NCBI GenBank assembly: GCA_963814275.1
Contig: CAWFCE010000002.1
Coordinates: 234,537-298,536 of the forward strand
Length of the DNA: 64,000 nt
Source: Candidatus Parcubacteria bacterium
GTDB taxonomy: Bacteria > Patescibacteriota > Patescibacteriia > Patescibacteriales > UBA12075
Direction: 5' to 3'
In this document: positions 63,861 through 64,000 of the stretch, one piece after another
How positions within the stretch are numbered: position 1 is the first letter of the stretch
Layout of the letters: the number at the start of each line of letters is the position of its first letter
The notes under the pieces: generated by a model
What the model was told of the DNA's origin: nothing
Seen by the model: the letters and a program-made list of their open reading frames with translations, nothing else
Database searches by the model: none
Translations under genes and position numbers: made by a program

Positions 63861-64000
63861 TTAATTTATTTCAATAAACTCGCTTATCGGTTTAATGGCT
63901 GTCGCCTGTCCTTCACTATTATTGAATTTTATTAAAACCGCGTTAAATATGGCCTGGCCTTTTTCCGGAATCACATGCGGCTCTTTGACCTGGGTCAGGA
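63861..64000 (-). CDS. 3' end of an unidentified gene running off the window
   Basis: Open frame ...LTQVKEPHVIPEKGQAIFNAVLIKFNNSEGQATAIKPISEFIEIN-stop. No identification possible. Confidence 0.3.
   Translation of the reverse strand, partial: LTQVKEPHVIPEKGQAIFNAVLIKFNNSEGQATAIKPISEFIEIN

Overview
This 64 kb window comes from a small-genome bacterium. Its gene content and style fit an uncultivated Patescibacteria/CPR-like lineage, but that cannot be proven from the sequence alone. It spans the replication-origin region: dnaN and dnaA lie on the minus strand, a 755 bp very AT-rich gap follows, and rpmH-rnpA-yidD-yidC run on the plus strand. Housekeeping genes I recognise are rpsO, pnp, a class A PBP, trxB, rnhB, tsaD, glyA, folD, recQ, an HU protein and a TrmH-type methyltransferase. 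I found seven canonical tRNAs, and no rRNA or CRISPR array. The best candidate for a novel system is at about 32.8-39.2 kb. Three adjacent paralogous secreted proteins there are built almost entirely from a near-invariant 11-aa motif, LGDLF(I/V)LDQLF, with 12 full copies, one IGDLF stub and one stranded remnant. They sit beside a membrane-anchored protein with TraB/GumN/Tiki-like motifs, a coiled-coil secreted protein, an ECF sigma factor and a small Cys-rich protein. Other points worth a second look:
- a 76-nt cloverleaf tRNA-like gene with its own promoter and terminator but non-canonical D and T loops
- a structured RNA of about 300 nt with a 16-bp closing helix
- a 2.2 kb insertion at tRNA-Lys bounded by a 25-bp direct repeat, with no recognisable integrase
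- a GIY-YIG cassette that duplicates a tRNA 5' fragment
- short tandem heptanucleotide arrays, often in inverted pairs at gene 3' ends and tRNA flanks
- an SdpR/SdpI-like pair next to an ABC exporter
All functional calls come from reading the translations and nucleotide patterns by eye. No database search was run.
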